The notes: generated by a model from the sequence alone, not told the origin. Shown: positions 9,917 through 19,789, numbered from the stretch's first letter. The stretch: DNA of 64,000 nucleotides from Candidatus Hydrogenedentota bacterium (GCA_045863335.1 BTVY01000025.1:947-64946); one strand, 5' to 3'. A program made the numbers and translations.

Positions 9917-11113
9917 TTACAGCCAGTGATGCCAGGAGTAGACCATGGCTTCCTGCCGTTTCATCGAAGTACCGCCCCCAAAAACCAGGGCCGCTGGACA
10001 GTCTTTCTGTCCCGGTAGCGAACGCCAATACTGCAATCCCTTGAAGAAATCGGCAGCAATGGTTTCACCCGACTTGATCTCTATGGGAACGAGTTCCATT
10101 CCGTGGTCAAGAACCAGATCCACCTCATTGCCGGCGGAATCCCGCCAAAAATGAACGTCTGGCTCAAGGCCCTGGTTCAAGTAGGACTTTAGGAGCTCAG
10201 TCAATACGAAGGTCTCAAATACTGCCCCTCTGGACGAGTGGGTGACGAGTTCGTCCACAGACCGAATTCTCAAAAGATAGCAGAGTAGACCGGTGTCGAG
10301 AAAGTACAGTTTGGGCGACTTTACAAGACGTTTGCTGAAGTTCTTGTGATAGGGACGAAGCAAGTAAACGATGAAACTCGCTTCAAGTACAGCCAACCAG
10401 CGTTTGGCCGTGGCGTGGCTAACGCCACAGTCTGCGCCCAGAGAAGATAGGTTGAGCATCTGTCCAGTCCTGCCCGCGCATAGCCGAACGAATCGTCCGA
10501 AGGTCTCAATGTCTCCAACATTGAGAATGGAGCGAACGTCTCGCTCAATGTAGGTTTGGTAGTAGTTGCGGAGCCATTCCTGTGGATCGAGCCCTTTGTC
10601 ATGAATTCTAGGATAGGACCCGGCGAAGAGCGTTTGGAACAGGTTTGCCTGCCCGGGCTTCCGCTTGGGGAGCGCGCGTCCAATGTCCTTGATGGGCAGT
10701 GGCTCTCTCGCTTCAAGCTCCGCTCTTGAAAAGGGAAGTAGATGAAACACCGAAGTTCTGCCTGCGAGACTCTGCGAGACTTGTTGGAGGAGCAGGAAGT
10801 TCTGTGAGCCGGTCAGGACAAACTGTCCTGGCTTGTCCTCAGCATCCACAATGCCTTGAATGTATGAAAACAAATTCGGTACGCGCTGAACTTCATCAAG
10901 GACCACGCCACGGTCAAACTGCCCCAGGAAACCTCGAGGGTCTTCGGCGGCGAATTCGCGAATGTCTGGGGCTTCCAGGGATACGTAGGTATGCTTGCCA
11001 AAAAGGCTCCGTACGAGCGTGGTCTTTCCCGATTGACGCGGTCCGGTAACGGTAAGAACGGGGTAGTGCGATGCGCTTCGCTTGAGTGTAGCCGCAAGAT
11101 GTCGAGTAATCAT
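9917..11113 (-). CDS. AAA+ ATPase with C-terminal DUF4143-type domain (COG1373-like)
   Basis: Walker A motif GPRQSGKTT near the N-terminus. Overall ~400-aa architecture matches the widespread ATPase/DUF4143 family. AGGAGG ribosome-binding site before the ATG at 11113. Confidence 0.75.
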   Translation of the reverse strand: MITRHLAATLKRSASHYPVLTVTGPRQSGKTTLVRSLFGKHTYVSLEAPDIREFAAEDPRGFLGQFDRGVVLDEVQRVPNLFSYIQGIVDAEDKPGQFVLTGSQNFLLLQQVSQSLAGRTSVFHLLPFSRAELEAREPLPIKDIGRALPKRKPGQANLFQTLFAGSYPRIHDKGLDPQEWLRNYYQTYIERDVRSILNVGDIETFGRFVRLCAGRTGQMLNLSSLGADCGVSHATAKRWLAVLEASFIVYLLRPYHKNFSKRLVKSPKLYFLDTGLLCYLLRIRSVDELVTHSSRGAVFETFVLTELLKSYLNQGLEPDVHFWRDSAGNEVDLVLDHGMELVPIEIKSGETIAADFFKGLQYWRSLPGQKDCPAALVFGGGTSMKRQEAMVYSWHHWL

Positions 11114-11320
11114 CACCCCTCCTCGCTTGCGTCATTATGAATATTCAATATTCAAATTGCAAAAAGGGGCCGCAAAGTAGAGAACTCTATTGTGACCTGT
11201 GGTCGCGGTCACTAACCGTCACATGCCGTAAACACGAATTGGGCACTTTACAGGCACTAGCCCGGCGGTGGGATTGCACAAGGCGTTTCAGAAGAGAGGC
11301 ATGACGACGAGAAAAAAGTA

Positions 11321-11414
11321 TGGCGGAGAGAGAGGGATTCGAACCCTCGGTACGGGTTTACCCCGTACAACGGCTTAGCAGGCCGCCACCTTCAGCCACT
11401 CGGTCATCTCTCCG
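11321..11414 (-). tRNA. tRNA-Ser (anticodon GCU), class II with long variable arm, CCA encoded
   Basis: Minus-strand sequence GGAGAGATGACCGAGTGGCTGAAGGTGGCGGCCTGCTAAGCCGTTGTACGGGGTAAACCCGTACCGAGGGTTCGAATCCCTCTCTCTCCGCCA folds as a class II tRNA. It has a 7-bp acceptor stem, 3-bp D-stem, anticodon loop CUGCUAA, a long variable arm, the T-arm GGTTCGAATCC and a 3' CCA. Confidence 0.85.
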
Positions 11415-11484
11415 AAGAAAAGCAGCGATTAGGGTAGCATGCGGCTGCGAATTGATGCAAATTGGGGGCGATGCGTTGGGGATC

Positions 11485-11520
11485 ATAGGACGTATAGGAC
11501 GGATTGGACCTATAGGACGA
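11485..11520. repeat. four tandem 9-bp units ATAGGACGN upstream of tRNA-Ser
   Basis: The sequence is cataggacgt ataggacgg attggacct ataggacga. It lies 70-105 bp upstream of the tRNA 5' end on the transcribed (minus) side. Confidence 0.5.
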
Positions 11521-11592
11521 ATGTGGCGGGGACCTGCGGGAACCGGGGTAGATAGAGCGCCGGATCGGGGGAGCGCGATTGGCGCTCGTCCG

Positions 11593-13041
11593 CTATTTGT
11601 TCTTGATGGCGTTGTAAGCTTCGAGGGCGCGTTCGCGGGCCTGGGCATGATCGACGATAGGGTGCGGGTATGTGTCGCCTAGGGTAATGCCCGCTTCGGA
11701 CAGTTCCACTTCGGAAGCTTCCCAGGGTTTGTGAATCCACTTGGACGGAAGATTTGCCAGCTCGGGAATCCATTCGCGAACGTAGTCACCTTCGGGATCG
11801 TAGCGTTCGCCCTGGGTCACGGGGTTGAAGATGCGGAAGTAGGGGGCCGCGTCGGCGCCGCACCCTCCGGTCCATTGCCATCCCTGGGTGTTGTTGGCGA
11901 GGTCGGCGTCGACGAGGGTGTCCCAGAACCAGCGCGCGCCTTCGAGCCAGTGAATGAGCAGGTCTTTGGTCAGAAACGATGCGACGATCATGCGGACGCG
12001 GTTGTGCATCCAGCCGGTGGTCCAGAGTTCGCGCATGCCGGCATCGACGATGGGGTAGCCGGTCATGCCCTTCTGCCACGCGCGCAGGGCCTTCTCATCA
12101 TCCGCCCACGGGAAGCGGTTGAACTGTTCGCGCAGATTCTCGTTGGGCACGTGGGGGAAGTGGTAAAGCAGGTGGTGGGAAAACTCGCGCCAGCCGAGTT
12201 CCGCGAGGAATTTCTCGGCGCCATTCGCGGCACCTTTGCCGGAAATCCCTGCGAGATGGTTCTGCGTGGTGCCCCAGATCTGCCGGGGGCTGATTTCGCC
12301 GAAGTGGAGATGGGGCGACAAACGTGAGGTGCCGAAGATGTCGGGACGGTCGCGGGATGAATCGTAGTCGGCGACGGCGTCCTCCAGGAACCGGTTCAGT
12401 TGTTCCGCGGCCGCGCCTTCGCCCATGGACCACGCCTTTCGAATGCCTTGGTCCCATGAGATGCCCGGCAATAACCGCAACGCTTCCAACTCCAGTGAAG
12501 CGGGCCAATCGTTCGGCGCGGGAATCTTGCGCGGTGCGGGGAACGGTTCAGCGGGGTCGTCCTTCGCGAGGCAAGCCTTCCAGAAAGGCGTAAACACCTG
12601 GTAGGGATCGCCCTGTTTGGTTTCGATCTCCCAGGGCTCGAAGAGGAGCGAACCATTAAAGCTCATGGCGTCGCAGCCCATGTCGCGAAGGGCGGTCTTG
12701 ATGATCTCGTCGCGCGTTCGAATCGTGGGTTCGTAACGGCGGTTCCAGAAAACGGCCCCCGCGCCGGTGTCGCGAACAAGACCCTCCAAAACGTCCTGGG
12801 AGCGGCCTTTCAGAACGATTAAGCGGGAGTGCTTATCCCGCAGGGAAGCATCCAGCGCGGAAAGTGAGTGGTGGAGCCAGACCTTAGAGGCAGCGCCGGT
12901 CGGCCACTCCCCCTCTTCTTCCGGCGCGTGGATGTACGCGGGAATGATGGGTCCGCCGCGCTTGACGGCGGTGGCTAAAGCGGGATTGTCCTCGATCCGG
13001 AGGTCCTGTCGAAACCAGACGATTGCAGGTGATGTGCTCAT
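11593..13041 (-). CDS. phr: deoxyribodipyrimidine (CPD) photolyase
   Basis: The N-terminus IVWFRQDLRIEDNPAL and the FAD-binding region WREFSHHLLYHFP...NTQGWQWTGG...DAAPYFRIFNPVTQGERYDPEGDYVREWIPEL carry canonical photolyase motifs. Confidence 0.9.
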   Translation of the reverse strand: MSTSPAIVWFRQDLRIEDNPALATAVKRGGPIIPAYIHAPEEEGEWPTGAASKVWLHHSLSALDASLRDKHSRLIVLKGRSQDVLEGLVRDTGAGAVFWNRRYEPTIRTRDEIIKTALRDMGCDAMSFNGSLLFEPWEIETKQGDPYQVFTPFWKACLAKDDPAEPFPAPRKIPAPNDWPASLELEALRLLPGISWDQGIRKAWSMGEGAAAEQLNRFLEDAVADYDSSRDRPDIFGTSRLSPHLHFGEISPRQIWGTTQNHLAGISGKGAANGAEKFLAELGWREFSHHLLYHFPHVPNENLREQFNRFPWADDEKALRAWQKGMTGYPIVDAGMRELWTTGWMHNRVRMIVASFLTKDLLIHWLEGARWFWDTLVDADLANNTQGWQWTGGCGADAAPYFRIFNPVTQGERYDPEGDYVREWIPELANLPSKWIHKPWEASEVELSEAGITLGDTYPHPIVDHAQARERALEAYNAIKNK

Positions 13042-13122
13042 GGATGGTACTTCTTACACTATTGTCATTATGCAGAAACCACGCGGGACACGCATCCATT
13101 CCGCGATTTGGCCCGCCGGGGG

Positions 13123-14172
13123 CTATTTGTGTTGGAGCCGGACGACACCTCGGCTGTACCGTGCGAGAGCCGTGCAACGGAGATACGCCGCGGAACGCGG
13201 ATCCTCCTTGAGGTGGGCATCCCAGAAGGCGGTGCTGGCGATGCGGGAGTAGTCAAAGATGCCCACCTGATCCAGGCCGGGGGCAAAGGCCGCCAGCCAC
13301 CTTGCGCAGCAGCGAAGGGCCAGCGCGACGGGACCGCGCTTGCCGGGATCGCGAAGTGGCAGGTCAAAGATGGGGCCGACGTAAGACATGTGGTTGGCGC
13401 CGCGGATGAAGACGAGATACTTGTCGCCGGCGGGTCCGCACGTATAGGCCTCGGCGCGCCACATGGGATCGGAGGCGAAGGTCGGCGGCGGATCGTGGGA
13501 GCCCGCGAACACCATGAGCGGACGCGTCATGGCGTCGTAGGAGCTTTCCGTCAGCCCCCAGGAATCGTGGCCGGGTCCGGAGATCATCAGGAAGGCTTTC
13601 GGCCGGGGATCGTCGAATCGAAACGTTGAGCCGTCTTTATCCTTCAACGTAGCGCCGCCGAGCAGCATCGTTGTGTATGCTCCGAATGAATGGCCGCCGA
13701 CTCCTATGCGGGAGGGATCGACTTTTCCGTCGAGTTCCGGAACGATGCTGCCGAGCGCCGGAAGAGAATCGAGTACGGCGCGGATATCGCCGGTGCGCTC
13801 GAACCAGGCAGAGGGGCCCTGGCGAGCAGGGCGCAGCAGTTCACGGGCGAGACGTCCGAGACTGCGCTCGATGAGGGGCCGCTCGCCGAAGTAATGGGTG
13901 GGCAGCAGCACGATGTAGCCGTGGCTCGCCCAGTGGCGCATGAGGTGGGGCGAACTTTCGTTGGAGTCGCCCGCGCCGTGGGAGAAGATGATGACGGGAA
14001 ATGGGCCGTCCGCCATTGGACAGTAAGCCTTGACCGGGATTTCCTTTTCGCGCGCGGGGTCGTGGATCTCGAACTCGTCGATGACGCGGACTTCGTGCGG
14101 GCCGAACCCAAGGTAGGTTTGGGTTACCGCGTCAGGGCGATCGATGGGCGAGGTTTCTGCATCCGGAGCCAT
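13123..14172 (-). CDS. alpha/beta-hydrolase (PAF-acetylhydrolase / dienelactone-hydrolase-like)
   Basis: PVIIFSHGAGDS and GVGGHSFGAYTT contain a GHSFG nucleophile-elbow motif. The start is uncertain. The ORF track extends to 14247, and I favour the ATG at 14172 (MAPDAE) because an AAAGG sits 10 nt upstream. Confidence 0.55.
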   Translation of the reverse strand: MAPDAETSPIDRPDAVTQTYLGFGPHEVRVIDEFEIHDPAREKEIPVKAYCPMADGPFPVIIFSHGAGDSNESSPHLMRHWASHGYIVLLPTHYFGERPLIERSLGRLARELLRPARQGPSAWFERTGDIRAVLDSLPALGSIVPELDGKVDPSRIGVGGHSFGAYTTMLLGGATLKDKDGSTFRFDDPRPKAFLMISGPGHDSWGLTESSYDAMTRPLMVFAGSHDPPPTFASDPMWRAEAYTCGPAGDKYLVFIRGANHMSYVGPIFDLPLRDPGKRGPVALALRCCARWLAAFAPGLDQVGIFDYSRIASTAFWDAHLKEDPRSAAYLRCTALARYSRGVVRLQHK

Positions 14173-14433
14173 GTGTATTGCCTTTTCCATGTGTGGACAC
14201 GGTCGCGCGTGCGGGACGAGGATTTCAGAGTTGGCACACTGGTTCAACTTGCCGTCTCATTTAGGTTGGTTGCGTTTTGATTGAAGATGGGTCCCCGCCT
14301 GCGCGGGTATGACGGTTGGGGTGTGCGGTGAGGGCGTTTGCGCACGTGCGTGGTGAATGTGGGTGCGACGTTCCTTGTTGAAGATTGGACCGCGCTTTCG
14401 CGAGGATGAGGGTTTGGGACGGAGTGGCGTATC

Positions 14434-16092
14434 GTGAACGACGTGGCTCATCTCCATTCTATTCGTGGGACGCATCGAACAACTGGAGGTTGGTTGTTCG
14501 TGGTCGCGTTGTGTCTGATGCCGCTGCTTGGCGGCTGCGCAGTGGTCCGCTACGCGGACTATGCGATGCCGGCGCTACGATTTGACCGGCCGAGCAATGA
14601 ACCGTTGCCGCCTCGCGAGGACCCCGCCGTTCAAGATGCGCTCTCTCGCTGGGACGCGATGTCGCCCGATGAGCGCGAGCGATATCCCTCGCCGTATCAC
14701 GTGTACGTGAATACACCCGAACCCGGGACCTTCGAAGGCGATCTCGTCGCGGGACTGGCGTTTTCTGGTGGCGGAACGCGGGGAACGGTATTCGGGGCGG
14801 CCTGCGTGCGCGAGCTGATGGATTTGGGACCCGTCGTGGTGCATGGGCCGGAGGGCGAGTTCACGGTCGATCTGATGGACGAGATCGATTACGTATCGGG
14901 CGTGTCAACCGGGGCGATCCCGGCGGCGCTGTTCGCCCTGGCCTTCGGAGAGTCCTGTCCCGATGCCATGCGGTTCGAACATTGGCCGGACTGTTTCAAC
15001 GTCGATGTGCAGGGAATCGGCGCGCGGCACATGGCGGCACGGCCGGATCTGTTTCTCCGTGATATGACCTTCGGGATGAACACGCGGTACGCGCTGGCAG
15101 GGGCGATTGCTGCGGCGTTCTTTGAAGGAAAGCCCAACCACCCGGCGAGCGGATTGACCTTTGCGGATCTGCCTGAGACGCCGGTGCTCGCGATCGGCGC
15201 GACGATTGTCAACGATCCAGGCGTGCCATTGATGTTGACCCGGTTGCCGTACCGGTACGCGATCGACCAACAGCCCGACTACCTTTGGCAGACGGGAATC
15301 CAGAGTTTTGAATCGCTTCATAGCGATCCGATGACGTATCCGCTGGGGGAGGCTTCGTACGGCAGCTCGTCGTTCCCGGGTCATTTGCGCGCCGGTCAGA
15401 TGCGCGTCCGTGAGGATCGTCCCTGGGTGTATACCGGCCTCGATTCCAGCCAGGAAGAGCGGATGCGGATGGCGCGCAATCAGCGGGGGTATGAGGGAAC
15501 CTACGCGATTAAGGACGGCGGACTCGTCGACAATCGCGGATCGTACATTTTGCATCGCCTGTACACCGATAGCGGTCTCGAGCGAAACGCTGAAAAGAAG
15601 CCGCTGCTGCTCGCCGCGGATGCGGGATTCCTCGAGTTGCGCCCAACCAAACCCGGCGCGGAAAAGCTGGCGCAGGGGTGGATGAATGAGTTGCAGTCAT
15701 CTATGCGGGCGTCGTGGCAGACGGGACAGGACGCGTACAACGCGATGATCGAGGCGACGGCGGAAGATGGCGCCTATGCGTATGTGCGGTTACGGTTCAC
15801 GGAGTGGGTGCCACACATGATCTCCGAGGACGCGGTGGACGATTCGGAAGCGGGCGCGTATCTTCAGTTCCTTTGCGAGCGCGAGCCGTTGGTCGGGTCG
15901 CCTGGGGCATTGCTGAAGATCCTTCGCCCAATCGGAACGACATTCGGCACGCTATCGCCGGAGCAACTCGCCGCGGTGAAACTGTGCGCGCGATTCGCTG
16001 TTTGGACAGAGCGGGAGCGTCTGCTGCAATGGGTCTCCGAATGCCACGGCGGGGCTGCGGCGGAGTTTGCGCAAATACCAGGCAATTCTTGA
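14434..16092 (+). CDS. patatin-like phospholipase, lipoprotein
   Basis: Lipobox LLGGC; GGGTRG oxyanion motif; GVSTG (GxSxG) serine; DGGLVDN catalytic Asp motif. GTG start. Confidence 0.75.
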   Translation: MNDVAHLHSIRGTHRTTGGWLFVVALCLMPLLGGCAVVRYADYAMPALRFDRPSNEPLPPREDPAVQDALSRWDAMSPDERERYPSPYHVYVNTPEPGTFEGDLVAGLAFSGGGTRGTVFGAACVRELMDLGPVVVHGPEGEFTVDLMDEIDYVSGVSTGAIPAALFALAFGESCPDAMRFEHWPDCFNVDVQGIGARHMAARPDLFLRDMTFGMNTRYALAGAIAAAFFEGKPNHPASGLTFADLPETPVLAIGATIVNDPGVPLMLTRLPYRYAIDQQPDYLWQTGIQSFESLHSDPMTYPLGEASYGSSSFPGHLRAGQMRVREDRPWVYTGLDSSQEERMRMARNQRGYEGTYAIKDGGLVDNRGSYILHRLYTDSGLERNAEKKPLLLAADAGFLELRPTKPGAEKLAQGWMNELQSSMRASWQTGQDAYNAMIEATAEDGAYAYVRLRFTEWVPHMISEDAVDDSEAGAYLQFLCEREPLVGSPGALLKILRPIGTTFGTLSPEQLAAVKLCARFAVWTERERLLQWVSECHGGAAAEFAQIPGNS

Positions 16093-16359
16093 AGCCCTTA
16101 TTGGGGGCCGATCTTGCGCTAAAAGGGTGCGCGCCTGCGTCAGGAAGGAAGGAGTGAGTCTGACGGGTCCGGCATCGAAACGATGTCGGCCGCAACGGCA
16201 TCCAAGATCTGGGAACCGGTATTGATTTCGAATCTGAGATCTCAAATTTGGAATACGCGATCCAGGGCGTGGCATAGGCAGAAAGCGAACATCCGGAATT
16301 TGGGAAGAACCTGGCGTTTCGGATTCACTGCCAATGGAAGGGGCATATTCGCCACAAAG

Positions 16360-16414
16360 GATCGCAAAGAACGCAAGAAGGAACACGTTCTCTCTTTTCG
16401 AGTTCTTTGCGATC
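16360..16414 (+). terminator. 13-bp perfect inverted repeat (GATCGCAAAGAAC ... GTTCTTTGCGATC) followed by TTTTGT
   Basis: The hairpin has a 29-nt loop and an immediately following U-rich tract. It lies in a 660-bp lower-GC non-coding stretch between the patatin gene and gcvT. It could be an intrinsic terminator, a small-RNA 3' end or an attenuator. Confidence 0.35.
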
Positions 16415-16754
16415 TTTTGTGGCCAATTCATTAATACAAGGGGCGTTTGTAGACAGATATTCGCAGTTCACAATGCGAGACGTGCGAGTTTCCGTCGAGA
16501 CCTACATCCAAAACACTGGTCCGATGGGGGTAAGATTCATTTGACAGTTCCCGGTTCGGAATGGCAGCATATGGCCTTCTAACGGTCCGTCGTGACTGGC
16601 GACTCGACGTGGAAGTAACCACGGGGAAGCGGCGGGGCCGAAGTTCATGCCGATCGCCTGGGCACGATGGCGCGAGTAGGTTGCAAGGGCTGCGTCATCG
16701 CGTAACTTACCGGATGCGTTTCGCGGGCTGGCGGCGCGTATTCAGAGGCGTGTT

Positions 16755-17819
16755 ATGCGGCAAACTCCCCTGTACGACGAGCATGTCGCGCTGGGCGGCA
16801 AGGTCGTCGATTTCCATGGCTGGGCATTGCCCGTGCAATTCTCGGGAATCGTCCAGGAACATCACCATACCCGGTCGAAGGCGGCGCTTTTCGATTGCTC
16901 GCACATGGGCGAATTCCGCATCCGCGGCGAAGCGGCGATTAAGGCCTATAGCGATCTCGTCTGCTCCGACCCGATGAAGCTCGCGGTGGGCCGGGGCCGG
17001 TACGGCGCGCTGCTCCACGACGACGGCGGCATCATCGACGACATCATCACCATCAAACTCGCGGAGGACGATCTGTTCGTCGTCACCAACGCGGGTCCCT
17101 TGGAGAAGGTAGCCGGTATCTTCTGCGGTTGTCACGAGAATGTCGTGAACGTCTCGGATCAGACGGCGAAGATCGATATTCAGGGTCCGCTTGCGCGGGA
17201 CATTCTCGCACGCGAGATCCCGAAGGCTTCCGAACTAAAGTACTTCCGGGCCTGTCTTGCGGAATGGAGCGGCACGGAGATCGTTCTTTCGCGGACAGGC
17301 TACACGGGCGAATTGGGGTACGAACTGTTTGTGCCGGAGTCGCTGGCCGTGCCGCTGTGGCGCGCATTACTGGCGCATGACGAGGTCGCTCCTGCCGGAC
17401 TTGGCGCGCGGGATACGCTGCGCACCGAAGTCGGGTACGCGCTTTCGGGACAGGATTTCGACGAATCGCGCAGTCCGCTGGAAGCGAACATGGAGACTTT
17501 CGTCGCGTGGGATACCGCGTTCATTGGCAAGGAAGCGCTGCGAGATCAGCAAGCGAAAGGCGGCTATTCCGTACTGACGGCGATTAAGACTGCGGACCGG
17601 CGCGCGCCTCGGCATGAGTTTGACGTGAAACAAGACGGCACGGCGGTCGGCGTGGTGACCAGCGGGACCTTTGGTCCGTCCGTGGGTCACGGGATCGGGC
17701 TGGCCTATGTGCCGCAGGAATGCGCTTCCCCCGGAACGCGGCTTACCGCGGGACCGAAAGATCTGGCCATTGAGACTGCAACGTTGCCCTTCTACACGGC
17801 GGGAACCTGCCGGAGCTAA
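16755..17819 (+). CDS. gcvT: glycine cleavage system T protein (aminomethyltransferase)
   Basis: MRQTPLYDEHVALGGKVVDFHGWALPVQF...ALFDCSHMGEFRIRG matches the conserved GcvT N-terminus. Length is 354 aa. Confidence 0.9.
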   Translation: MRQTPLYDEHVALGGKVVDFHGWALPVQFSGIVQEHHHTRSKAALFDCSHMGEFRIRGEAAIKAYSDLVCSDPMKLAVGRGRYGALLHDDGGIIDDIITIKLAEDDLFVVTNAGPLEKVAGIFCGCHENVVNVSDQTAKIDIQGPLARDILAREIPKASELKYFRACLAEWSGTEIVLSRTGYTGELGYELFVPESLAVPLWRALLAHDEVAPAGLGARDTLRTEVGYALSGQDFDESRSPLEANMETFVAWDTAFIGKEALRDQQAKGGYSVLTAIKTADRRAPRHEFDVKQDGTAVGVVTSGTFGPSVGHGIGLAYVPQECASPGTRLTAGPKDLAIETATLPFYTAGTCRS

Positions 17820-17831
17820 GGAGTTTTGACC

Positions 17832-18218
17832 ATGTACCCAGACGATCTGAAATACACCAAGGATCATGAGTGGATTCGCGACGAGGGCGATGCGTACGCG
17901 GTCGGCATCACGGCATTCGCGGCGGAGCAGTTGGGCGACGTGACGTACGTGGAGTTGCCGGAAGTGGACGCGCAGGTGGAACAGGGCAACGCGGCCGGAG
18001 CGGTGGAATCCGTGAAGGCGGCGAGCGATGTCTACGCGCCGGTCAGCGGAACGGTGAGCGAAGTCAATGGCGATTTGGAAAATGCGCCGGAACTGGTGAA
18101 CCAGAGTTCCTACGACAAGGGCTGGTTCTTCAAGTTGACGGGGGTCAACAAGTCGCAGTTGTCGGGACTGATGGATGCCGCGGCGTACGAGAAGTTCGTC
18201 GACGAGCAGGCCCACTAG
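17832..18218 (+). CDS. gcvH: glycine cleavage system H protein (lipoyl carrier)
   Basis: YTKDHEWIRDEGD..VGITAFAAEQLGDV..VESVKAASDVYAPVSGTV carries the lipoyl-lysine motif (ESVKA). AAGGAG ribosome-binding site 8 nt before the ATG at 17832. Confidence 0.9.
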   Translation: MYPDDLKYTKDHEWIRDEGDAYAVGITAFAAEQLGDVTYVELPEVDAQVEQGNAAGAVESVKAASDVYAPVSGTVSEVNGDLENAPELVNQSSYDKGWFFKLTGVNKSQLSGLMDAAAYEKFVDEQAH

Positions 18219-18255
18219 CACAAAGGATTCGGTGTAGATTCGCGCGATCCGGAAG

Positions 18256-18293
18256 AACATCCCCCTAGCCCCCTTCAAAGGGGGAATTAAGAA
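18256..18293. repeat. REP-like palindromic element, copy a (AACATCCCCCT-N3-CCCCCTTCAAAGGGGGA)
   Basis: Lies 38 nt downstream of the gcvH stop. It shares 30+ of ~38 positions with copies at 21263, 22900, 55348 and 55536. Confidence 0.8.
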
Positions 18294-18330
18294 GTGTTTC
18301 GAGATGCAAGCTTCAGAGGTATTGGGCGAA

Positions 18331-18376
18331 GCATTTGAGAAGCAAACGAGAGAGCATTCGAGAAGCAAACGAGAGA
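18331..18376. repeat. 23-bp tandem duplication (GCATTYGAGAAGCAAACGAGAGA x2)
   Basis: Two adjacent units with one mismatch, in the gcvH-gcvPA spacer. Confidence 0.8.
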
Positions 18377-18396
18377 TACTGGCGTTGGGGAAAAAT

Positions 18397-18473
18397 GGGG
18401 ACCGTTACCTTTTTCCTGTTGATTCGCGGAGAAGGTGACACAGCGGCAGATGAAGAAAAAGGTAACAGTCCCC
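18397..18473 (+). promoter_or_regulatory. 19-bp-stem hairpin (one mismatch, 39-nt loop) in the gcvPA 5' leader
   Basis: GGGGACCGTTACCTTTTTC pairs with GAAAAAGGTAACAGTCCCC. The hairpin ends 32 nt before the gcvPA ATG. Confidence 0.5.
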
Positions 18474-18505
18474 ATTATTCCTCCTAGAAAGGACAGGCAG
18501 TACAG

Positions 18506-19789
18506 ATGACATGGGTTCCCTCCACGCCGGCCGAGCGCGACGCCATGCTCTCGGTAATCGGCGTCACGACCATTGACGATCTATTTGCATCGATTCCCAA
18601 GAACCTGCGGGCGAAGTCCTGGGAACTTCCGGCGGGCTTGTCCGAGATGGCGGTGCGCGCGGAGATGGAGAAGACAGCGGCGCGCAACAGTTCCGAGCTG
18701 GTCAGCTTTCTCGGCGGCGGCGCCTACGATCACTTCATCCCGGCAGCGGTCGACGGGCTTACGTCGCGCGGCGAATTCTATACGGCCTATACGCCCTATC
18801 AACCGGAATGCGCGCAGGGCACCTTACAGAGCATTTACGAATATCAGTCGGCCGTATGCCGTTTGACCGGCATGGACTTCGCCAACGCGTCGCTGTACGA
18901 CGGCGGCACGGCGGTCTTCGAAGCGACGACCATGGCCGTGCGTCTCACGCGGCGGACGCGTATCGTGGTGCACGAATCCTTGAACCCCATCTATCGGAAG
19001 ATGCTGGATACGCACGTCGCGAATCTCGATTTGGACGTCGTATCAGGGGACAATCCGGAAGGCGCTGCGTGCGTCATCGTGCAGAATCCGAGTTTTCTGG
19101 GGACCGTCGCCGATTTCACGGCTCTGGCCGAACAATGCCACGCGGCGGGGGCGATGCTGGTGGTCTCCTTCTACCCCATCTCGCTGGGGTTGCTGAAGAC
19201 GCCAGGCGAAATGGGCGCGGACATCGCGATCGCGGAAGGGCAGTGCATGGGCGTGCCGTTGAATTTCGGCGGGCCCTGGCTGGGCGTGATGGCGACGCGC
19301 AAGGAGCATGTGCGCAAGATGCCGGGACGGATCGCGGCGGCCACAGAAGACAGCCAAGGACGTCGCGGATTCGTGTTGACCCTGCAAGCGCGCGAGCAGC
19401 ACATCCGGCGCGACAAGGCCATGTCGAACATTTGTTCCAACGAGGCGCTGTGTGCGTTGCGGGCCTTGATGTACCTGACCCTGCTTGGCAAGGAAGGGTT
19501 GCGCGATGTGGCCCGGCATTGTCACTCGAAGGCCGAGTACCTGAAGTCCAAACTCGGTTTCGCCAAAGTGCTCAACGAAGGGCCCACGTTCAATGAGTTC
19601 GCCGTGCGATTGCCGAAGCCCGCGGAAGACGTTGCGACAAAGATGGCGGAGCGCGGTTACCTCGCGGGGCTTCCGCTCGCTTCCGTTGGGGCCGGCGAGG
19701 CCAATGACTTATTGATCGCGGTGACCGAGCGGCGCACGAAAGACGAATTGGATGCCTTCGCGAAGGCGTTGGAGGAAGTATGCAGTTAA
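18506..19789 (+). CDS. gcvPA: glycine dehydrogenase (decarboxylating) subunit 1
   Basis: Length is 427 aa. TPYQPECAQGTLQSIYEYQS and the N-terminal MTWVPSTPAERDAML pattern are typical of GcvPA. Confidence 0.9.
   Translation: MTWVPSTPAERDAMLSVIGVTTIDDLFASIPKNLRAKSWELPAGLSEMAVRAEMEKTAARNSSELVSFLGGGAYDHFIPAAVDGLTSRGEFYTAYTPYQPECAQGTLQSIYEYQSAVCRLTGMDFANASLYDGGTAVFEATTMAVRLTRRTRIVVHESLNPIYRKMLDTHVANLDLDVVSGDNPEGAACVIVQNPSFLGTVADFTALAEQCHAAGAMLVVSFYPISLGLLKTPGEMGADIAIAEGQCMGVPLNFGGPWLGVMATRKEHVRKMPGRIAAATEDSQGRRGFVLTLQAREQHIRRDKAMSNICSNEALCALRALMYLTLLGKEGLRDVARHCHSKAEYLKSKLGFAKVLNEGPTFNEFAVRLPKPAEDVATKMAERGYLAGLPLASVGAGEANDLLIAVTERRTKDELDAFAKALEEVCS

Noticed and set aside
11117-11600. Integrated mobile element at the tRNA-Ser locus
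   Set aside because: No integrase, excisionase or duplicated tRNA 3' end is visible within the window. The flanking genes (photolyase, sulfatase) look chromosomal.
16430-16750. Glycine riboswitch upstream of gcvT
   Set aside because: Expected from gene context, but I could not find the conserved GGAGAG / CGCCGAAGGAGCAA / CUCAGGCAAAAGGAC blocks by eye. It is left as something to scan (see findings), not called as a feature.
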